A DNA stretch of 63,161 nucleotides, the filler included. It is 4 parts of 4 records of this genome, joined end to end, with 100 filler letters (N's around TTAATTAATTAA, not from the genome) between each part and the next. Parts side by side here need not be neighbours in the genome. Positions count along the whole stretch, not along the records: positions 1 to 21,651 come from SRR22947727_852; 3 more parts are not named here. One strand, written 5' to 3'. Positions 1 to 11,513 of the stretch are shown here, piece by piece. Position numbers and translations under genes: made by a program. A model generated the notes under the pieces. It had not been told where the DNA came from, searched no databases, and saw only the letters and a list, made by a program, of their open reading frames with translations. The number at the start of each line of letters is the position of its first letter. The first letter of the stretch is position 1.

Positions 1-1068
1 GATGGCTCTACTAGATACGTCTTCACACATTTTAGGAGCTACGATTTTAAGCATAGAAATATAATCTCTAGCAGCATCTATTCCATATTTATCCATCTTT
101 TCCGCAGAAGCTAATACCAAAAGTCTGCATTGCTCGATATCACATCTGCTTCTAGCTATCTCATGTTGGACACTAGTTTTTTTGCTAAGAGGCTCTCCAA
201 AAGCAACTCTATTTTGAGCTCTTTCACACATTAGCTCCAAAGCCCTTTGCGCCATACCGACAAACATCATTGCATATTGAAATCTTCCAGGACCAAGCCT
301 CCCTTGAGCAATTTCAAAACCTTTTCCTTCGCCAAGAATTAGATTTGAAACAGGCACCCTTACGTTTTTAAAAACGACATCGCCCTCACCACCTGGTGAG
401 TGATATTCTCCAAATGCTCTAAGAGCTCTTGTAATTTCAAAACCTTCAGCATCTGTAGGTACTATTATAGTTGAATGCTGTTGGTGCCTTGAATTCTCAG
501 GATTGGACTTACCCATAACAAGCATAAATTTACATTTTGGCGTTATCACATTTGTAGTCCACCATTTTTTACCATTCAGGATATACTCATCCCCGTCTCT
601 GGCAATCTCTAGTTCCATGTTTGTGGCATCTGATGAGGCAACATCAGGCTCAGTCATGGCATATGCTGATCTTATTTCTCCAGCCAACAATGGCTTTAAC
701 CATTGTTCTTGCTGCTCAGGTGTTCCATATTTAGCCAATACTTCCATATTACCCCTATCAGGAGCATTGCAATTAAATATTTGCTGAGACCATGCAGCCT
801 TAGACATAGTTTCAAAAAGCCCAGCTATTTCTAAATTATTTAATCCAGGGCTCCAAGGCGCATACTCTTTAGGTAAGAACAGATTCCACAATTCTTGCTT
901 TTTAGCTTCATCCTTGAGGCTTTCATACCACTCAGGATATTTCCAAAGATTATCTTGATTACTTGTGAATTCATCATAGTCATGCTCACGAGGATATATG
1001 TGCTCTTGCATAAATCGCTCTAAACGTTCATTGATATCCTTTGCTCTTTTACTCACCTCAAAACCCAT
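1..1068 (-). CDS. Acyl-CoA dehydrogenase (3' end truncated at window start)
   Basis: Not in the ORF track; read manually. ATG at 1068 after GGGGAG SD gives MGFEVSKRAKDINERLERFMQEHIYPRE..., with ACAD motifs FNCNAPDRGNME, AMTEPDVASSDA and AQGRLGPGR. Confidence 0.9.
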   Translation of the reverse strand, partial: MGFEVSKRAKDINERLERFMQEHIYPREHDYDEFTSNQDNLWKYPEWYESLKDEAKKQELWNLFLPKEYAPWSPGLNNLEIAGLFETMSKAAWSQQIFNCNAPDRGNMEVLAKYGTPEQQEQWLKPLLAGEIRSAYAMTEPDVASSDATNMELEIARDGDEYILNGKKWWTTNVITPKCKFMLVMGKSNPENSRHQQHSTIIVPTDAEGFEITRALRAFGEYHSPGGEGDVVFKNVRVPVSNLILGEGKGFEIAQGRLGPGRFQYAMMFVGMAQRALELMCERAQNRVAFGEPLSKKTSVQHEIARSRCDIEQCRLLVLASAEKMDKYGIDAARDYISMLKIVAPKMCEDVSSRAI

Positions 1069-1216
1069 AAAAACTCCCCCGATATATTTTAATAAGTTAG
1101 TATTAGTTTAACTTTTAAGGGATATTTTTAAAGATACATTTACGGACATTGGTCTTGCATATTTGTTTAGATAATTTATTAAAAATATAAAATTTATAGA
1201 ATGTATAATCTTATTT

Positions 1217-1930
1217 ATGAAAAATGTAGCAGTCATAGGTTCATCCGGTGCAATTGGAAAAGCTTTTCTGAATCAATATTTAAAAGATAGTTCGATATCA
1301 AATATTTATGCCATTTCGAGAACCCATATTGAAACTAACGATGAAAGAATAAAGTATATTCAAATGGATATAACTGACGAGAAAAGTGTAGAGAATGCAG
1401 CTAAAACTATAAAAGAAAAATATTTAGATCAAATTATTATTGCCACCGGCATACTACACACATCATCATTCGGACCTGAGAAAAGTATAAGAGATATTAG
1501 CGTTAATAAATTTGTTGAAGTTTTGACTGTTAATACCATTGGGCCAGCTTTAGTAGGTAAATATTTCCTGCCTTTACTTAATAAAAAAAACAAAAGCGTT
1601 ATGGCTTTTTTAAGTGCTAGAGTTGGTAGCATTTCAGATAATAAGCTCGGAGGTTGGTATTCTTATAGAGCAAGCAAAAGTGCTCTCAATCAAGTCATAA
1701 AGAATTTTAGCATCGAGATAAGAAGAACAAATTTAAATGCTGTGATTATAGGACTTCAGCCTGGGACCGTTAAAAGTAAACTTAGCGAACCATTCCAAAA
1801 GAATGTTAAAGAGGGCGCTTTAATCTCAGCTGAGGAAAGTGTTACAAAACTTTTTAAAGTAATCGAGGGGTCTTCTAATATTGAAAGTGGTAGCTTGTTG
1901 AGCTGGGACGGCCAAGTAATAAAGCCATAG
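1217..1930 (+). CDS. Short-chain dehydrogenase/reductase (C-factor/CsgA-like)
   Basis: GSSGAIG Rossmann motif, SARVGSISDN and YRASK catalytic motif typical of the CsgA-like SDR subgroup. Confidence 0.88.
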   Translation: MKNVAVIGSSGAIGKAFLNQYLKDSSISNIYAISRTHIETNDERIKYIQMDITDEKSVENAAKTIKEKYLDQIIIATGILHTSSFGPEKSIRDISVNKFVEVLTVNTIGPALVGKYFLPLLNKKNKSVMAFLSARVGSISDNKLGGWYSYRASKSALNQVIKNFSIEIRRTNLNAVIIGLQPGTVKSKLSEPFQKNVKEGALISAEESVTKLFKVIEGSSNIESGSLLSWDGQVIKP

Positions 1931-1938
1931 TTAAGAAT

Positions 1939-1967
1939 AAAAAAACCCAGCATATAGCTGGGTTTTT
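1939..1967. terminator. Bidirectional intrinsic terminator between SDR and proteorhodopsin
   Basis: AAAAACCCAGC-ATATA-GCTGGGTTTTT perfect hairpin with A/T tracts on both sides, between convergent genes. Confidence 0.85.
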
Positions 1968-1982
1968 AAACAATCTAATAGA

Positions 1983-2723
1983 TTATGTTCCTCGTGATTC
2001 AGTAACAGCTGCATGCCATATAATCAAACCAAATAGAATTTTGTTAACAAAGTCAGCAAAATTATAAATGATGTTTAATGACGCAGGGTTAGTTTCACCC
2101 ACTAAATGACCCATTACATACCCAAGCGGATATACAGCCCAACCAACGATGATAATCCACATCATTGTTTTATATGCAGACTGAACAGCAGGACTTGCTT
2201 GTTTAACAGCAACTCCACCTTCACCTGAATACAGAACCTGAATCATATAGATCCATGCTGCCATAGCAATAACAAATGCAAACACTGCACTCATGGCTCC
2301 CGACTCACCAAGATAACCGAAGATAAGCATAACTAGCGAACCAACAAATAGTTTAGTGAATAAAGAACTTGCTACATTTGTTACTGCTCTAAGAATTAGA
2401 TAGAACTCAACAATTAGCAATGGAACGGTTAATAACCAATCAATATATCTGTATACAATCGGTGAAGTTTGAGTATCTACCCAAACGCCTCTCATGTACA
2501 TGTAATGCCAAAAAGCAATACCTGTAACAAGACCTGATACAGTTAAAGATGTTTTCCATTTAGAACTTACGTTATCTCTTTCAACAAAAAAGAATACTGT
2601 TGCAGCCAATAAAGCAGCTGTAACTAGCCAAAAAGATACGCCTGTCATATCATTTGCTGCTAAATCCCCCGCAGCGAATGATGGCATAGCCATAAGTCCT
2701 GTTAACATTAATAAATATTTCAT
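1983..2723 (-). CDS. Proteorhodopsin, DTE proton pump, green-type (Leu at GPR 105)
   Basis: Signal peptide, 7TM pattern, FWHY (H75), YRYIDWLLTVPLLIVEF (R94/D97/T101/L105/E108), ADFVNK retinal lysine; GAGGAG SD. Confidence 0.97.
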   Translation of the reverse strand: MKYLLMLTGLMAMPSFAAGDLAANDMTGVSFWLVTAALLAATVFFFVERDNVSSKWKTSLTVSGLVTGIAFWHYMYMRGVWVDTQTSPIVYRYIDWLLTVPLLIVEFYLILRAVTNVASSLFTKLFVGSLVMLIFGYLGESGAMSAVFAFVIAMAAWIYMIQVLYSGEGGVAVKQASPAVQSAYKTMMWIIIVGWAVYPLGYVMGHLVGETNPASLNIIYNFADFVNKILFGLIIWHAAVTESRGT

Positions 2724-2877
2724 ATATAACTCCTCACATATATATAAGCCAAAATTGACTATTTATTTAAAATACGAGTTTAATAATAGAAAACTAAATA
2801 TAACTATGCAAGGTAATTATTGAATTAAATTCCTTCTAAAAATTTGCCAAATACTAATTGTTTAGTATTATTCTTAT

Positions 2878-3363
2878 ATGAAAGTTGCAATATACCCCGG
2901 CTCATTTGACCCAATAACCTTAGGTCATATGGATATTATCGATAGAGGTTGTGTCCTGTTTGACAGGATAGTTGTTGCAGTTGCTCAAAGCGAATCAAAA
3001 AAACCTTTATTCTCTCTTGAAGAGAGGGTTAGGCTGGTTAAACAAATCTACAAAGAAAACACTAATGTTGAGGTTGTAGGTTTTCCTCGTCAACTTACTG
3101 TTGATCTTGCTCGAGAGCATGGAGCATGTGCAATTATCAGAGGTCTTCGTGCTGTAGCAGACTTTGAATACGAGTTCCAGCTTGCAACAATGAATAGAGC
3201 TCTTGCCCCAGATATAGAAAGTATTTTTTTGACTCCTAAAGAAAGTCTAATCTATGTTTCATCAAGTCTTATCAAAGAGATATCTGATCTTAAAGGAGAT
3301 GTTGCAAATTTCGTTCACCCAATTGTTGAGCAAGCGCTTAAAGCTAAACTAGATAGAACTTAA
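2878..3363 (+). CDS. coaD: Phosphopantetheine adenylyltransferase
   Basis: YPGSFDPITLGH, IIRGLR, DFEYE motifs. Confidence 0.97.
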   Translation: MKVAIYPGSFDPITLGHMDIIDRGCVLFDRIVVAVAQSESKKPLFSLEERVRLVKQIYKENTNVEVVGFPRQLTVDLAREHGACAIIRGLRAVADFEYEFQLATMNRALAPDIESIFLTPKESLIYVSSSLIKEISDLKGDVANFVHPIVEQALKAKLDRT

Positions 3364-4169
3364 ACCTGGCAGGTGCTGCAATAATAGGTGGCTCTCTGGT
3401 TTTGAACAGTCTTCATAATCCTGTCATTACAAACCAAGCAATCTTCATCTTCTCGCCCATATGCTTTGAGCTTAAACTTAAAATAACCAGCACTTCCATC
3501 AGCAGAATAAAAATCTTTCAAGGTTGTTCCTCCAACCTTAATAGCATTTCTAAGGATTTTTTTTATGCATTTTACAAGACTTGCACACTCACCTTCACTT
3601 AAACAACATGACTCTTTGAAAGGATTTATTTTTGCCTCAAAAAGACTTTCACATGCATAAATGTTTCCAACACCTACAACATTTTTTTGATTCATTATTA
3701 AGCTTTTAATAGGCGCTTTAGATTTACTGCAAATATTAAATAAGTGAGAGCCGGTAAATTTTTTTTCTAGCGGCTCTATACCTAGCTTGCTGATTAGAAA
3801 GTGAGATTTGATGTCTTTTGCCAGATGAATTGAGCCAAACCTTCTAGGATCATTGTAAATAATTTTTTTGTCTTCAAAAAAAAATTCAACATGATCATGT
3901 TTTTTAAATTGATTAGAGGTTCTGTCTAAAATTCTTAAACTGCCAGACATACCAAGATGAAGAAGCATAGAGTATGTATTAGATTTAAAAATGATGTACT
4001 TAGCCCTTCTAGAAATCTCTTCTATTTGAAAGTTACGAACGATAGCTTCAAAATTCTTATCTATTTTCCATCTTAAATTAGGGTTATTTACCTTAGAAGA
4101 TTTTATAACCTTTCCTTCAAAATTTGATATTGCTCTTCGGGTTGTCTCTACCTCTGGCAATTCAGGCAT
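3360..4169 (-). CDS. mutM: Formamidopyrimidine-DNA glycosylase
   Basis: N-terminal PELPEVE, HLGMSG, GVGNIY, C-terminal zinc finger CLVC...CSTCQ. Confidence 0.97.
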   Translation of the reverse strand: MPELPEVETTRRAISNFEGKVIKSSKVNNPNLRWKIDKNFEAIVRNFQIEEISRRAKYIIFKSNTYSMLLHLGMSGSLRILDRTSNQFKKHDHVEFFFEDKKIIYNDPRRFGSIHLAKDIKSHFLISKLGIEPLEKKFTGSHLFNICSKSKAPIKSLIMNQKNVVGVGNIYACESLFEAKINPFKESCCLSEGECASLVKCIKKILRNAIKVGGTTLKDFYSADGSAGYFKFKLKAYGREDEDCLVCNDRIMKTVQNQRATYYCSTCQV

Positions 4170-4172
4170 AGA

Positions 4173-5522
4173 CTAATTTAGTAGATTATTAATATTAATA
4201 ATATCTTTGGGGGCTATTGTTCCTGATGCCAACCCTAATCTTAAATTAGCTAGAATATAATCATATTTGGCATTTGCAAGATTCTTTTCAGCACTATATA
4301 AATTCTTTTCTGCTTGCAATAAGTCAACAACATTTCTAGTACCAACTTTATAACCAACTTGAGTAGCTTCAAGTGCGCTAGTTGCTGATATTACAGCTTG
4401 CTTTTGGGCAGTTACGTTAGCAACAAGTGTTATAACATTCGAATATTGAGACCTTACTTCTTGAATTACAGACCTTTCTGTAAATAAAGTATTTTCAGTA
4501 GTTTTATCATATTGCGCATATGCCTGTTTTCTTCTTGAGCTTACAGCACCACCTTGATAAAGAGGCATGCTTAATTGGATAGAGTAATTACGCCTTCCAG
4601 TTACTGATGGAACAGGTATTCCTTGACCATTGATGCTAAATCCTTCGTAATTATACTGATTTGTCTCAGATTCTGACTCTGTTCCAACAATATTTATTTT
4701 TGGCAAATGATTTGAAGCTGCGCTCCTTGCTCCGCTTTTGGCAGCATCTTTTCTTAAATATGCTGATTGAAGTCTGTAATTCTTTTTCAATGCAAGTTCA
4801 ACCCATTTCTCTTTTGATGAAGGAGTTGGAGCTACAATTTCTAGATTTTTACCAAGCTCATCAACACTAAAGACCTCTCTGCCTATAAGAGCATTCAAAG
4901 CTTCTCTTGCTGAAAATAAATTGCCTTCTGTGCTAATTCTTGCCGCTTTACTTATATCAAATGCCAACTGCGCTTCTTGCACTCCTGTAATTGCAGAAAG
5001 GCCAACTTCAAACCTTTGTTTAGCTTGATCTAGCTGTTGCTTAATTGCTTTTTCTTCTGAAATAGCTGCATTTAAATTATCAATTGCTCTTAAAACACCA
5101 AAATAAAGCTCTGCTGTTCTCAGTAAAAGATTTTGTTGTTCATAAGCAAAGTCTGCCTCTGCTGCATTTGTTAGCGCCTTTGATTGTTTATAGGAAAACC
5201 AGCTATCCAGTCTTAGCAAAGGCTGGGAAATAGTTGCAGATGAAGAAAAAGAATTATAGTTTTGTGTCAATTCTTTATTTTGATAATACTCATTCCAGTT
5301 TGTGTTTCCGCTTATAGATACATTTGGTAACAATCCAGCTCTTCCTTGAACAACAATTTCTTTATCAGCTAAGTAGGAGTATTCTGCTGCTCTATATGTA
5401 GGATCATTTTCTAATGCTTCATTATATATATCTAAAATATTTTCTGACGATGCAATAGGAGAGATCAGCAAGCCAACCAATGTCCAAAGGCTTAATGAGT
5501 TGGAAGATTTTTTTAATTTCAT
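4173..5522 (-). CDS. tolC: TolC-family outer membrane efflux protein
   Basis: Signal peptide, repeated OEP halves, RFEVGLSAITGVQEAQ and GYKVGTRNVVDLL; tolC divergent from parE is usual gammaproteobacterial synteny. Confidence 0.9.
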   Translation of the reverse strand: MKLKKSSNSLSLWTLVGLLISPIASSENILDIYNEALENDPTYRAAEYSYLADKEIVVQGRAGLLPNVSISGNTNWNEYYQNKELTQNYNSFSSSATISQPLLRLDSWFSYKQSKALTNAAEADFAYEQQNLLLRTAELYFGVLRAIDNLNAAISEEKAIKQQLDQAKQRFEVGLSAITGVQEAQLAFDISKAARISTEGNLFSAREALNALIGREVFSVDELGKNLEIVAPTPSSKEKWVELALKKNYRLQSAYLRKDAAKSGARSAASNHLPKINIVGTESESETNQYNYEGFSINGQGIPVPSVTGRRNYSIQLSMPLYQGGAVSSRRKQAYAQYDKTTENTLFTERSVIQEVRSQYSNVITLVANVTAQKQAVISATSALEATQVGYKVGTRNVVDLLQAEKNLYSAEKNLANAKYDYILANLRLGLASGTIAPKDIININNLLN

Positions 5523-5698
5523 ACTAGTATATTAACTCAAATTTAATGTGTGCAGTGTAAACATTTTAATAAATTTTGCAACGTTACCACTCTTAATAAT
5601 AATATTAAAATTAACTCACTTATAAAATAATATTATTAATTTCTTAGAGTAGAATATATACAAATAGTTCAATATTAATATTAATAAGGTTTACTAAA

Positions 5699-7591
5699 TT
5701 GGCTAACTCATACGACTCTAAAGCAATCGAGGTTCTCTCAGGTCTAGATCCTGTAAAAAAGAGACCAGGAATGTACACGGATACAAATAACCCAAATCAT
5801 TTAATTCAAGAAGTTTTAGATAACTCAATTGATGAAGCCCTATCCGGGCACTGCTCAACAATTAAAGTAAGTATATTTAAAGATGGCTTTATACAGATTG
5901 TTGATGATGGAAGAGGCATGCCGGTAGACATTCATCCTGAGCATAAAGTTTCTGGAGTTGAGCTAATAATGTGCAAGCTTCATGCAGGTGCTAAATTCTC
6001 AGGTGATGAATATAATTTTTCAGGAGGCCTTCATGGTGTTGGAGTTTCGGTTGTAAACGCTCTTTCAGATGAGCTGGAGGTAAAAATTAGAAGAGATTCA
6101 AAAGAGCACAGCATATCCTTTAATAATGGTGATAAAAGCAAGGAGTTACATCAGACAGGCGATGTGGGATCAAGAAATACTGGAACAACCATAAAATTTA
6201 AACCCAACCCAAAATATTTTGAAACTATTGAAGTTCAACTAAAACATCTAAAGCATTTACTGAAAGCAAAAGCTGTTTTATGTCCAGGCTTAACAATTGA
6301 TTTCTTTTTTGAAAAAAAATCTGAAAGAGAAAGATGGTTTTATGAAGATGGTCTTAAAGGATATCTTTTAGAATCATCAGAGGGCGCTGATCTTATTCTT
6401 GATGAATCTATTCTTTGCGCTAAACCAAGCAATAATCAAGAAGTTGAGTTCGTTGTTAACTGGTCCCCAAGAACTCTAAAAGATAGGCTTAATGAAACTT
6501 ATGTAAATTTAATTCCGACTTCTCAAGGCGGATCGCATTTAAATGGTTTTAAGTCAGGTCTTTTGGAAGCTGTAAAAGAATTTTGCGAATATAGAAATCT
6601 TCTTCCTAAGGGCCTGAAGATAAATGCTGAAGATGTTCTCTCCAATGCTTTCTTTGTTGTTTCATCAAAACTACAGAATCCTCAATTTGCAGGACAAACA
6701 AAGGAAAGGCTCGATTCAAAAGATCATATGAGCTTTGTCTCAAATACAACAAAAGATGCATTAAGCATATGGTTCAATACTAATACCGAGGAAGGAGAGA
6801 AGATAGCTGATTTGGCAATATCTTCTGCACAAGTTAGAGCTAAGGCTTCAAAAGTCGTGGAAAGAAAAAAAACTTTTAAAGGTCCGGCACTTCCTGGAAA
6901 ACTTTCTGATTGTAATAGCGAAGATCTAAATGAAACAGAACTATTTCTTGTGGAGGGTGACTCTGCTGGAGGCTCTGCAAAGCAAGCCAGAGAAAGATCC
7001 TTCCAAGCCATCATGCCCTTGAGAGGAAAAATTTTAAATACCTGGGATTTAGAAAGTACTGAAATTATAAAATCTCAAGAGATAAAAAATCTATCTACTG
7101 CTATAGGCGTCATGCCCGGAAATGATGATATTTCAGGATTAAGATATGGAAAAATTTGTATTTTAGCTGATGCTGACTCAGATGGATTGCATATAGCAAC
7201 ATTACTTTGCGCTTTATTTTTGAGACATTATAAAACCTTGGTGCAACAAGGAAGAATTTATGTATCGATGCCACCGCTTTATAGAATTGATTGTGGCAAA
7301 GAAGTAGCCTATGCACTAGACGACTCTCAAAGAGAGGAAATAGTAGCTGCTTTAAAGTCTAAAAAAGGCAAGCCAAAAATAAATATTCAAAGATTTAAAG
7401 GCCTTGGAGAAATGAATCCATCTCAACTGAGAGAGACAGTGATGGACCCCCAATCAAGACAGTTAGTTAATTTATCAATAAGCTCTTCTGATAATGCAAA
7501 TTCTGTTATGGATTTGTTATTAAGTAAGAAAAGAGCTCCAGACAGGAAAGAGTGGCTTGAAAAAAAAGGCTCTCTAGCGGAAGTAAAATAA
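5699..7591 (+). CDS. parE: DNA topoisomerase IV subunit B
   Basis: [40 protein letters not shown] start. Confidence 0.96.
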   Translation: MANSYDSKAIEVLSGLDPVKKRPGMYTDTNNPNHLIQEVLDNSIDEALSGHCSTIKVSIFKDGFIQIVDDGRGMPVDIHPEHKVSGVELIMCKLHAGAKFSGDEYNFSGGLHGVGVSVVNALSDELEVKIRRDSKEHSISFNNGDKSKELHQTGDVGSRNTGTTIKFKPNPKYFETIEVQLKHLKHLLKAKAVLCPGLTIDFFFEKKSERERWFYEDGLKGYLLESSEGADLILDESILCAKPSNNQEVEFVVNWSPRTLKDRLNETYVNLIPTSQGGSHLNGFKSGLLEAVKEFCEYRNLLPKGLKINAEDVLSNAFFVVSSKLQNPQFAGQTKERLDSKDHMSFVSNTTKDALSIWFNTNTEEGEKIADLAISSAQVRAKASKVVERKKTFKGPALPGKLSDCNSEDLNETELFLVEGDSAGGSAKQARERSFQAIMPLRGKILNTWDLESTEIIKSQEIKNLSTAIGVMPGNDDISGLRYGKICILADADSDGLHIATLLCALFLRHYKTLVQQGRIYVSMPPLYRIDCGKEVAYALDDSQREEIVAALKSKKGKPKINIQRFKGLGEMNPSQLRETVMDPQSRQLVNLSISSSDNANSVMDLLLSKKRAPDRKEWLEKKGSLAEVK

Positions 7592-7592
7592 T

Positions 7593-9842
7593 ATGAAAAA
7601 GATCGAATCTATTAGCTTAAAAAAATACGCAGAAGACTCTTATCTTAATTACGCCATGTATGTAATTCTTGATAGAGCTTTGCCAAATATTGGAGATGGC
7701 CTGAAGCCAGTTCAAAGAAGAATTTTATATGCTATGTCTGAACTTGGTCTTGATGCTGGGTCTAAATACAAGAAATCTGCAAGAACTGTTGGAGATGTTA
7801 TTGGCAAATTTCATCCTCACGGCGATAGTGCCGCTTATGAAGCAATGGTATTGATGGCACAAAACTTTTCATTTAAATATCCTTTTGTAGACGGCCAGGG
7901 CAATTGGGGCTCTCAAGATGACCCTAAATCATTTGCAGCAATGCGATATACAGAATCAAAATTAACAAAATTTGCAAATTTATTAATTAAAGAACTTAAA
8001 TCTGGAACTGTAGATTGGCAACCAAATTTTGATGGTTCTCTGTTAGAGCCTATAATTTTCCCAGCAAAACTTCCGTCTATTTTGCTCAACGGAACTTCAG
8101 GTATAGCAGTTGGAATGGCAACGGATATTCCCTCTCATAATATAAATGAAGTTATAGACTCAACTGTTTATCTATTAGAAAATCCTAAAGCTGAGTTAAA
8201 TGATATTCTTCAAATTGTGAAGGGACCGGACTTTTCAAACAACTCCCCACTCATTGCAAGCCAGGAAGAGCTAAATGAAATTTATACAACAGGTAGGGGC
8301 GGTTTTAAAATTCAAGCCCAATGGGCTCAAGTAAAAAATCAAATTATTATCAACGCTCTTCCATATCAAGCCTCTGGATCAAAAATTTTAGAACAGATAG
8401 CTGATCAAATGCTTAAAAAGAAGATTCCCATGGTAGTGGATTTAACTGACGAAGGCGACCATGAAGAGCCAGTAAGACTAGTAATTACTTTAAAATCTAA
8501 TCGAGTGATAGCTGAAGATGTCATGAACCATCTCTTTGCGTCTACTGATCTTCAGAAAAACTACAGAGTTAATATGAATTTGATAGCATTAAGCGGAGGG
8601 CCTAAAGTATTTTCTTTAATAGAGCTCTTAAAAGAATGGATTACCTTCAGAAAAGAGACTGTTGTTAGGAGGCTTGAGCATAGACTAGATCAGGTAAATG
8701 ATAGATTACATATTTTAGAGGGCCTATTAGCTGTCTATCTGAATATTGATGAAGTCATAAAAATTATTAGAGAATCAGACGAACCTAAAAAAGAAATTAT
8801 TTCAAAATTTGATCTATCTGAAATTCAAGCAAACGCAATTTTAGATATCAAGCTTAGGCAGTTAGCCAAACTTGAGCAAATTAAGCTTGAAGATGAGAGA
8901 GGCATTTTAGCAAAAGAGCAAGATGAAATTGAAACAGTTCTGTCTTCAAAAGCTAGACTGAAAACTTTAATTAAAAAAGAGTTAATTGAAATTAAGGACG
9001 AGTTTGGCGAGGAAAGAATCTCTCCAATCAAAGAATCATCAAATGCAAAAGTATTTTCTGAGGAGGAAACTTTAATAACCGAACCAATAACTATTGTCTT
9101 ATCTAAAGCTGGATGGATTAGAAGTGCTAAAGGCCATGAAATTGACCCTTCTTCGCTTAATTACAGGGGTGATGATGAGCTTCAGGATTTCTCTAGAGGT
9201 AAAAGCAATCAAATTTCAGTATTTATGGATTCAAGCGGTAAAGTATTCTCAATACCAAGCCACTCATTGCCATCTGCCAGAGGCATGGGTGAACCAATCT
9301 CAGGAAGGGTGACAGCAGAATCTGGAGTAAGCTTTATTTCATCTATTGTTGGAGATCTCGAGGATAGATATATTTTTACAAACTCTGCAGGCTATGGATA
9401 TATCTCTGAATTTAGTAATACAGTATCTAATAAAAAAACTGGTAAAGCTTTTATGAAAGTTCCTGATGGAGCTCGTTTGATTAAAGCTCAGAAATTAAAA
9501 TCTAAACATAAATATATTGCGGCAGTATCAAATATTGGAAAGTTACTTATTTTTGAGATTGATGAACTCCCAACCCTACCTAAAGGAAAGGGTAATAAAA
9601 TTATAAATATTCCCACTGCAAAATTTAAAACCAAAGATGAGTTTATGATTGACGTTCAACTTCTTGCTGAGGATAGTAATCTCTTAGTGCATTATGGGAG
9701 CAAATCAAGATCTTTACCATTCAAAGATTGGCAGCATTATATTTCCTCAAGGGCGAAAAGAGGTAATATATTAGCGGGACATCTAAAGCGAGTGGAGGCG
9801 ATATCAGAAGAGGAAAAATCTAAAGAGCTAGAATCTGAGTAA
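7593..9842 (+). CDS. parC: DNA topoisomerase IV subunit A
   Basis: [28 protein letters not shown] active-site Tyr; directly follows parE. Confidence 0.96.
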   Translation: MKKIESISLKKYAEDSYLNYAMYVILDRALPNIGDGLKPVQRRILYAMSELGLDAGSKYKKSARTVGDVIGKFHPHGDSAAYEAMVLMAQNFSFKYPFVDGQGNWGSQDDPKSFAAMRYTESKLTKFANLLIKELKSGTVDWQPNFDGSLLEPIIFPAKLPSILLNGTSGIAVGMATDIPSHNINEVIDSTVYLLENPKAELNDILQIVKGPDFSNNSPLIASQEELNEIYTTGRGGFKIQAQWAQVKNQIIINALPYQASGSKILEQIADQMLKKKIPMVVDLTDEGDHEEPVRLVITLKSNRVIAEDVMNHLFASTDLQKNYRVNMNLIALSGGPKVFSLIELLKEWITFRKETVVRRLEHRLDQVNDRLHILEGLLAVYLNIDEVIKIIRESDEPKKEIISKFDLSEIQANAILDIKLRQLAKLEQIKLEDERGILAKEQDEIETVLSSKARLKTLIKKELIEIKDEFGEERISPIKESSNAKVFSEEETLITEPITIVLSKAGWIRSAKGHEIDPSSLNYRGDDELQDFSRGKSNQISVFMDSSGKVFSIPSHSLPSARGMGEPISGRVTAESGVSFISSIVGDLEDRYIFTNSAGYGYISEFSNTVSNKKTGKAFMKVPDGARLIKAQKLKSKHKYIAAVSNIGKLLIFEIDELPTLPKGKGNKIINIPTAKFKTKDEFMIDVQLLAEDSNLLVHYGSKSRSLPFKDWQHYISSRAKRGNILAGHLKRVEAISEEEKSKELESE

Positions 9843-11022
9843 GAGTTTTTTTAAATACTTGCATCGATTTTTCTATAAGCATATCTTCGATTATAAGGCT
9901 TGGTGAGAATCTCACCGTATCCATATTTGCTTTTAAAATCATTAACCCATTTTTATGGCATGCAATAATAAGCTCATCAACTTTTATATTGGAATCCTTT
10001 GCAAAAGTTACACTTAACCATAGGCCCATAGATTTAACTTCACTAAATATATTTAAATCATTATTTATTTCTTTAAGCAATTCTAAAAACAACTTTTCTT
10101 TCTTTTTTACTGCGTTAAGAAAAGATTTTTTTGAAATTATATCTACAACCTTTTCTCCAACAGCACAAGCAATAGGGTTTCCTCCAAATGTACTTCCATG
10201 CAATCCTGGAGTCATTGCAGATGAAACTTCGTTTGTAGTTAAAATACCACCCAAAGGCAAGCCATTTGCAATACCTTTTGCAAAGCAGACTATATCTGGT
10301 TTTATTTTAAACTGTTCATAAGCAAATAAGCTTCCGGTTCTACCTACTCCCGATTGAACCTCATCAATAATTATTAAAGCCCTATGCTTTTTTGCTAACC
10401 TAGTTATTTCAGCTATAAATTTAACATTTGCAGATGTAATACCAGACTGCCATTGCACTACCTCAAGAATAATTGCAGAAGTATCATCTGAGATAACTTT
10501 TTCTAAATTTTCAATTGAATTATATTCATGACTTTTTATCCCTTTTGGCAGTGGTCCAAAACCATCATTAAGAGCCTTTGAATGAGCTAGAGTTATGCCC
10601 ATAATAGTTCTTCCATGAAATGAAGTTGTAAAAGATACAATCTCATTTTTCTTAGAATTGAATTTTTTTGTAGAGTACTTTCGAGCAGTTTTAATGGCTG
10701 CTTCGATAGCTTCAGCTCCAGAATTTGAAAAAAATACCTTTTCTCCAAAAGTAAAATTACATAATTTTTTAGCCAATCTTACAGATGGCTCATTGATGTA
10801 TAGATTTGATAGATGCCATAGATTTTTTGATTGTTTTGAAACTATATTATTTAGTTCTGCATTACTATGGCCAAGACTGGTAACTGCTATGCCTGCCGTA
10901 AGATCAATAAATTTATTCCCATTTGTGTCCCAAACAAGCGACCCCTTAGCTTTTTTAACAACAAAATCAGCAGGCATATAAAATGGCACTATATAATGAT
11001 CATACTGATTTATTATTCTCAT
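9820..11022 (-). CDS. argD: Acetylornithine/succinylornithine aminotransferase (class III PLP)
   Basis: [43 protein letters not shown]. Confidence 0.9.
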   Translation of the reverse strand: MRIINQYDHYIVPFYMPADFVVKKAKGSLVWDTNGNKFIDLTAGIAVTSLGHSNAELNNIVSKQSKNLWHLSNLYINEPSVRLAKKLCNFTFGEKVFFSNSGAEAIEAAIKTARKYSTKKFNSKKNEIVSFTTSFHGRTIMGITLAHSKALNDGFGPLPKGIKSHEYNSIENLEKVISDDTSAIILEVVQWQSGITSANVKFIAEITRLAKKHRALIIIDEVQSGVGRTGSLFAYEQFKIKPDIVCFAKGIANGLPLGGILTTNEVSSAMTPGLHGSTFGGNPIACAVGEKVVDIISKKSFLNAVKKKEKLFLELLKEINNDLNIFSEVKSMGLWLSVTFAKDSNIKVDELIIACHKNGLMILKANMDTVRFSPSLIIEDMLIEKSMQVFKKTLTQILAL

Positions 11023-11036
11023 ATATTTATTGTACC

Positions 11037-11513
11037 GTGGTTATAGTTAAAACAATTAATGAAGACAGCTATTTAATAGATATAAGCCCCAACTCATCTT
11101 TAAATGGATTAGCTAGGCTTGTATTCTTATTAAGCATTTCTTTTGTCTGTATTGGAATTGCAACAGTCTTTTTTTTTCTTGGAGCAGTTTTGATACTCCC
11201 ATTTGCTGGCCTCGAAATCATAATTTTATTAACAGCATTCTATTTAAACTTTAATTGGAGTCGCCAAAAGCAAAAGATTTTTATATCTCAAGACCTAGTT
11301 CTAATTCAAAAAGGTAGAAAAAAAATTGAATACAGCTGGCAGGAATTTAGAACTTTTACCTCATTTCTTGTGAACAAGAACTCTGATGAAATAACAAAAT
11401 TATGCTTTAGGTCAAAAGGAATAGACGTAGAGGTTGCAGAGTTTTTAAATCAAGATGATAAAAAGATTTTGCAAGAAGAAATCAGTGAAATTATTGACAA
11501 ACTAAATAACTAA
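11037..11513 (+). CDS. DUF2244-family membrane protein
   Basis: ISPNSSL...two TM segments with ILPFAGLE...VEVAEFLN pattern; the in-frame GTG at 11037 avoids overlap with argD. Confidence 0.75.
   Translation: MVIVKTINEDSYLIDISPNSSLNGLARLVFLLSISFVCIGIATVFFFLGAVLILPFAGLEIIILLTAFYLNFNWSRQKQKIFISQDLVLIQKGRKKIEYSWQEFRTFTSFLVNKNSDEITKLCFRSKGIDVEVAEFLNQDDKKILQEEISEIIDKLNN

Noticed and set aside
1217..2723. SDR next to proteorhodopsin as a possible retinol/retinal dehydrogenase
   Set aside because: Convergent orientation with a terminator between them; CsgA-like SDRs are widespread, so there is no evidence of a functional link
5523..5698. AT-rich palindromes (AATATTAATATT) between tolC and parE resembling a Fur box
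   Set aside because: Expected by chance in extremely AT-rich DNA; no good match to the GATAAT-hexamer consensus
7810..7850. ParC quinolone-resistance-determining region
   Set aside because: [10 protein letters not shown] retains the wild-type Ser and Glu; no resistance substitution
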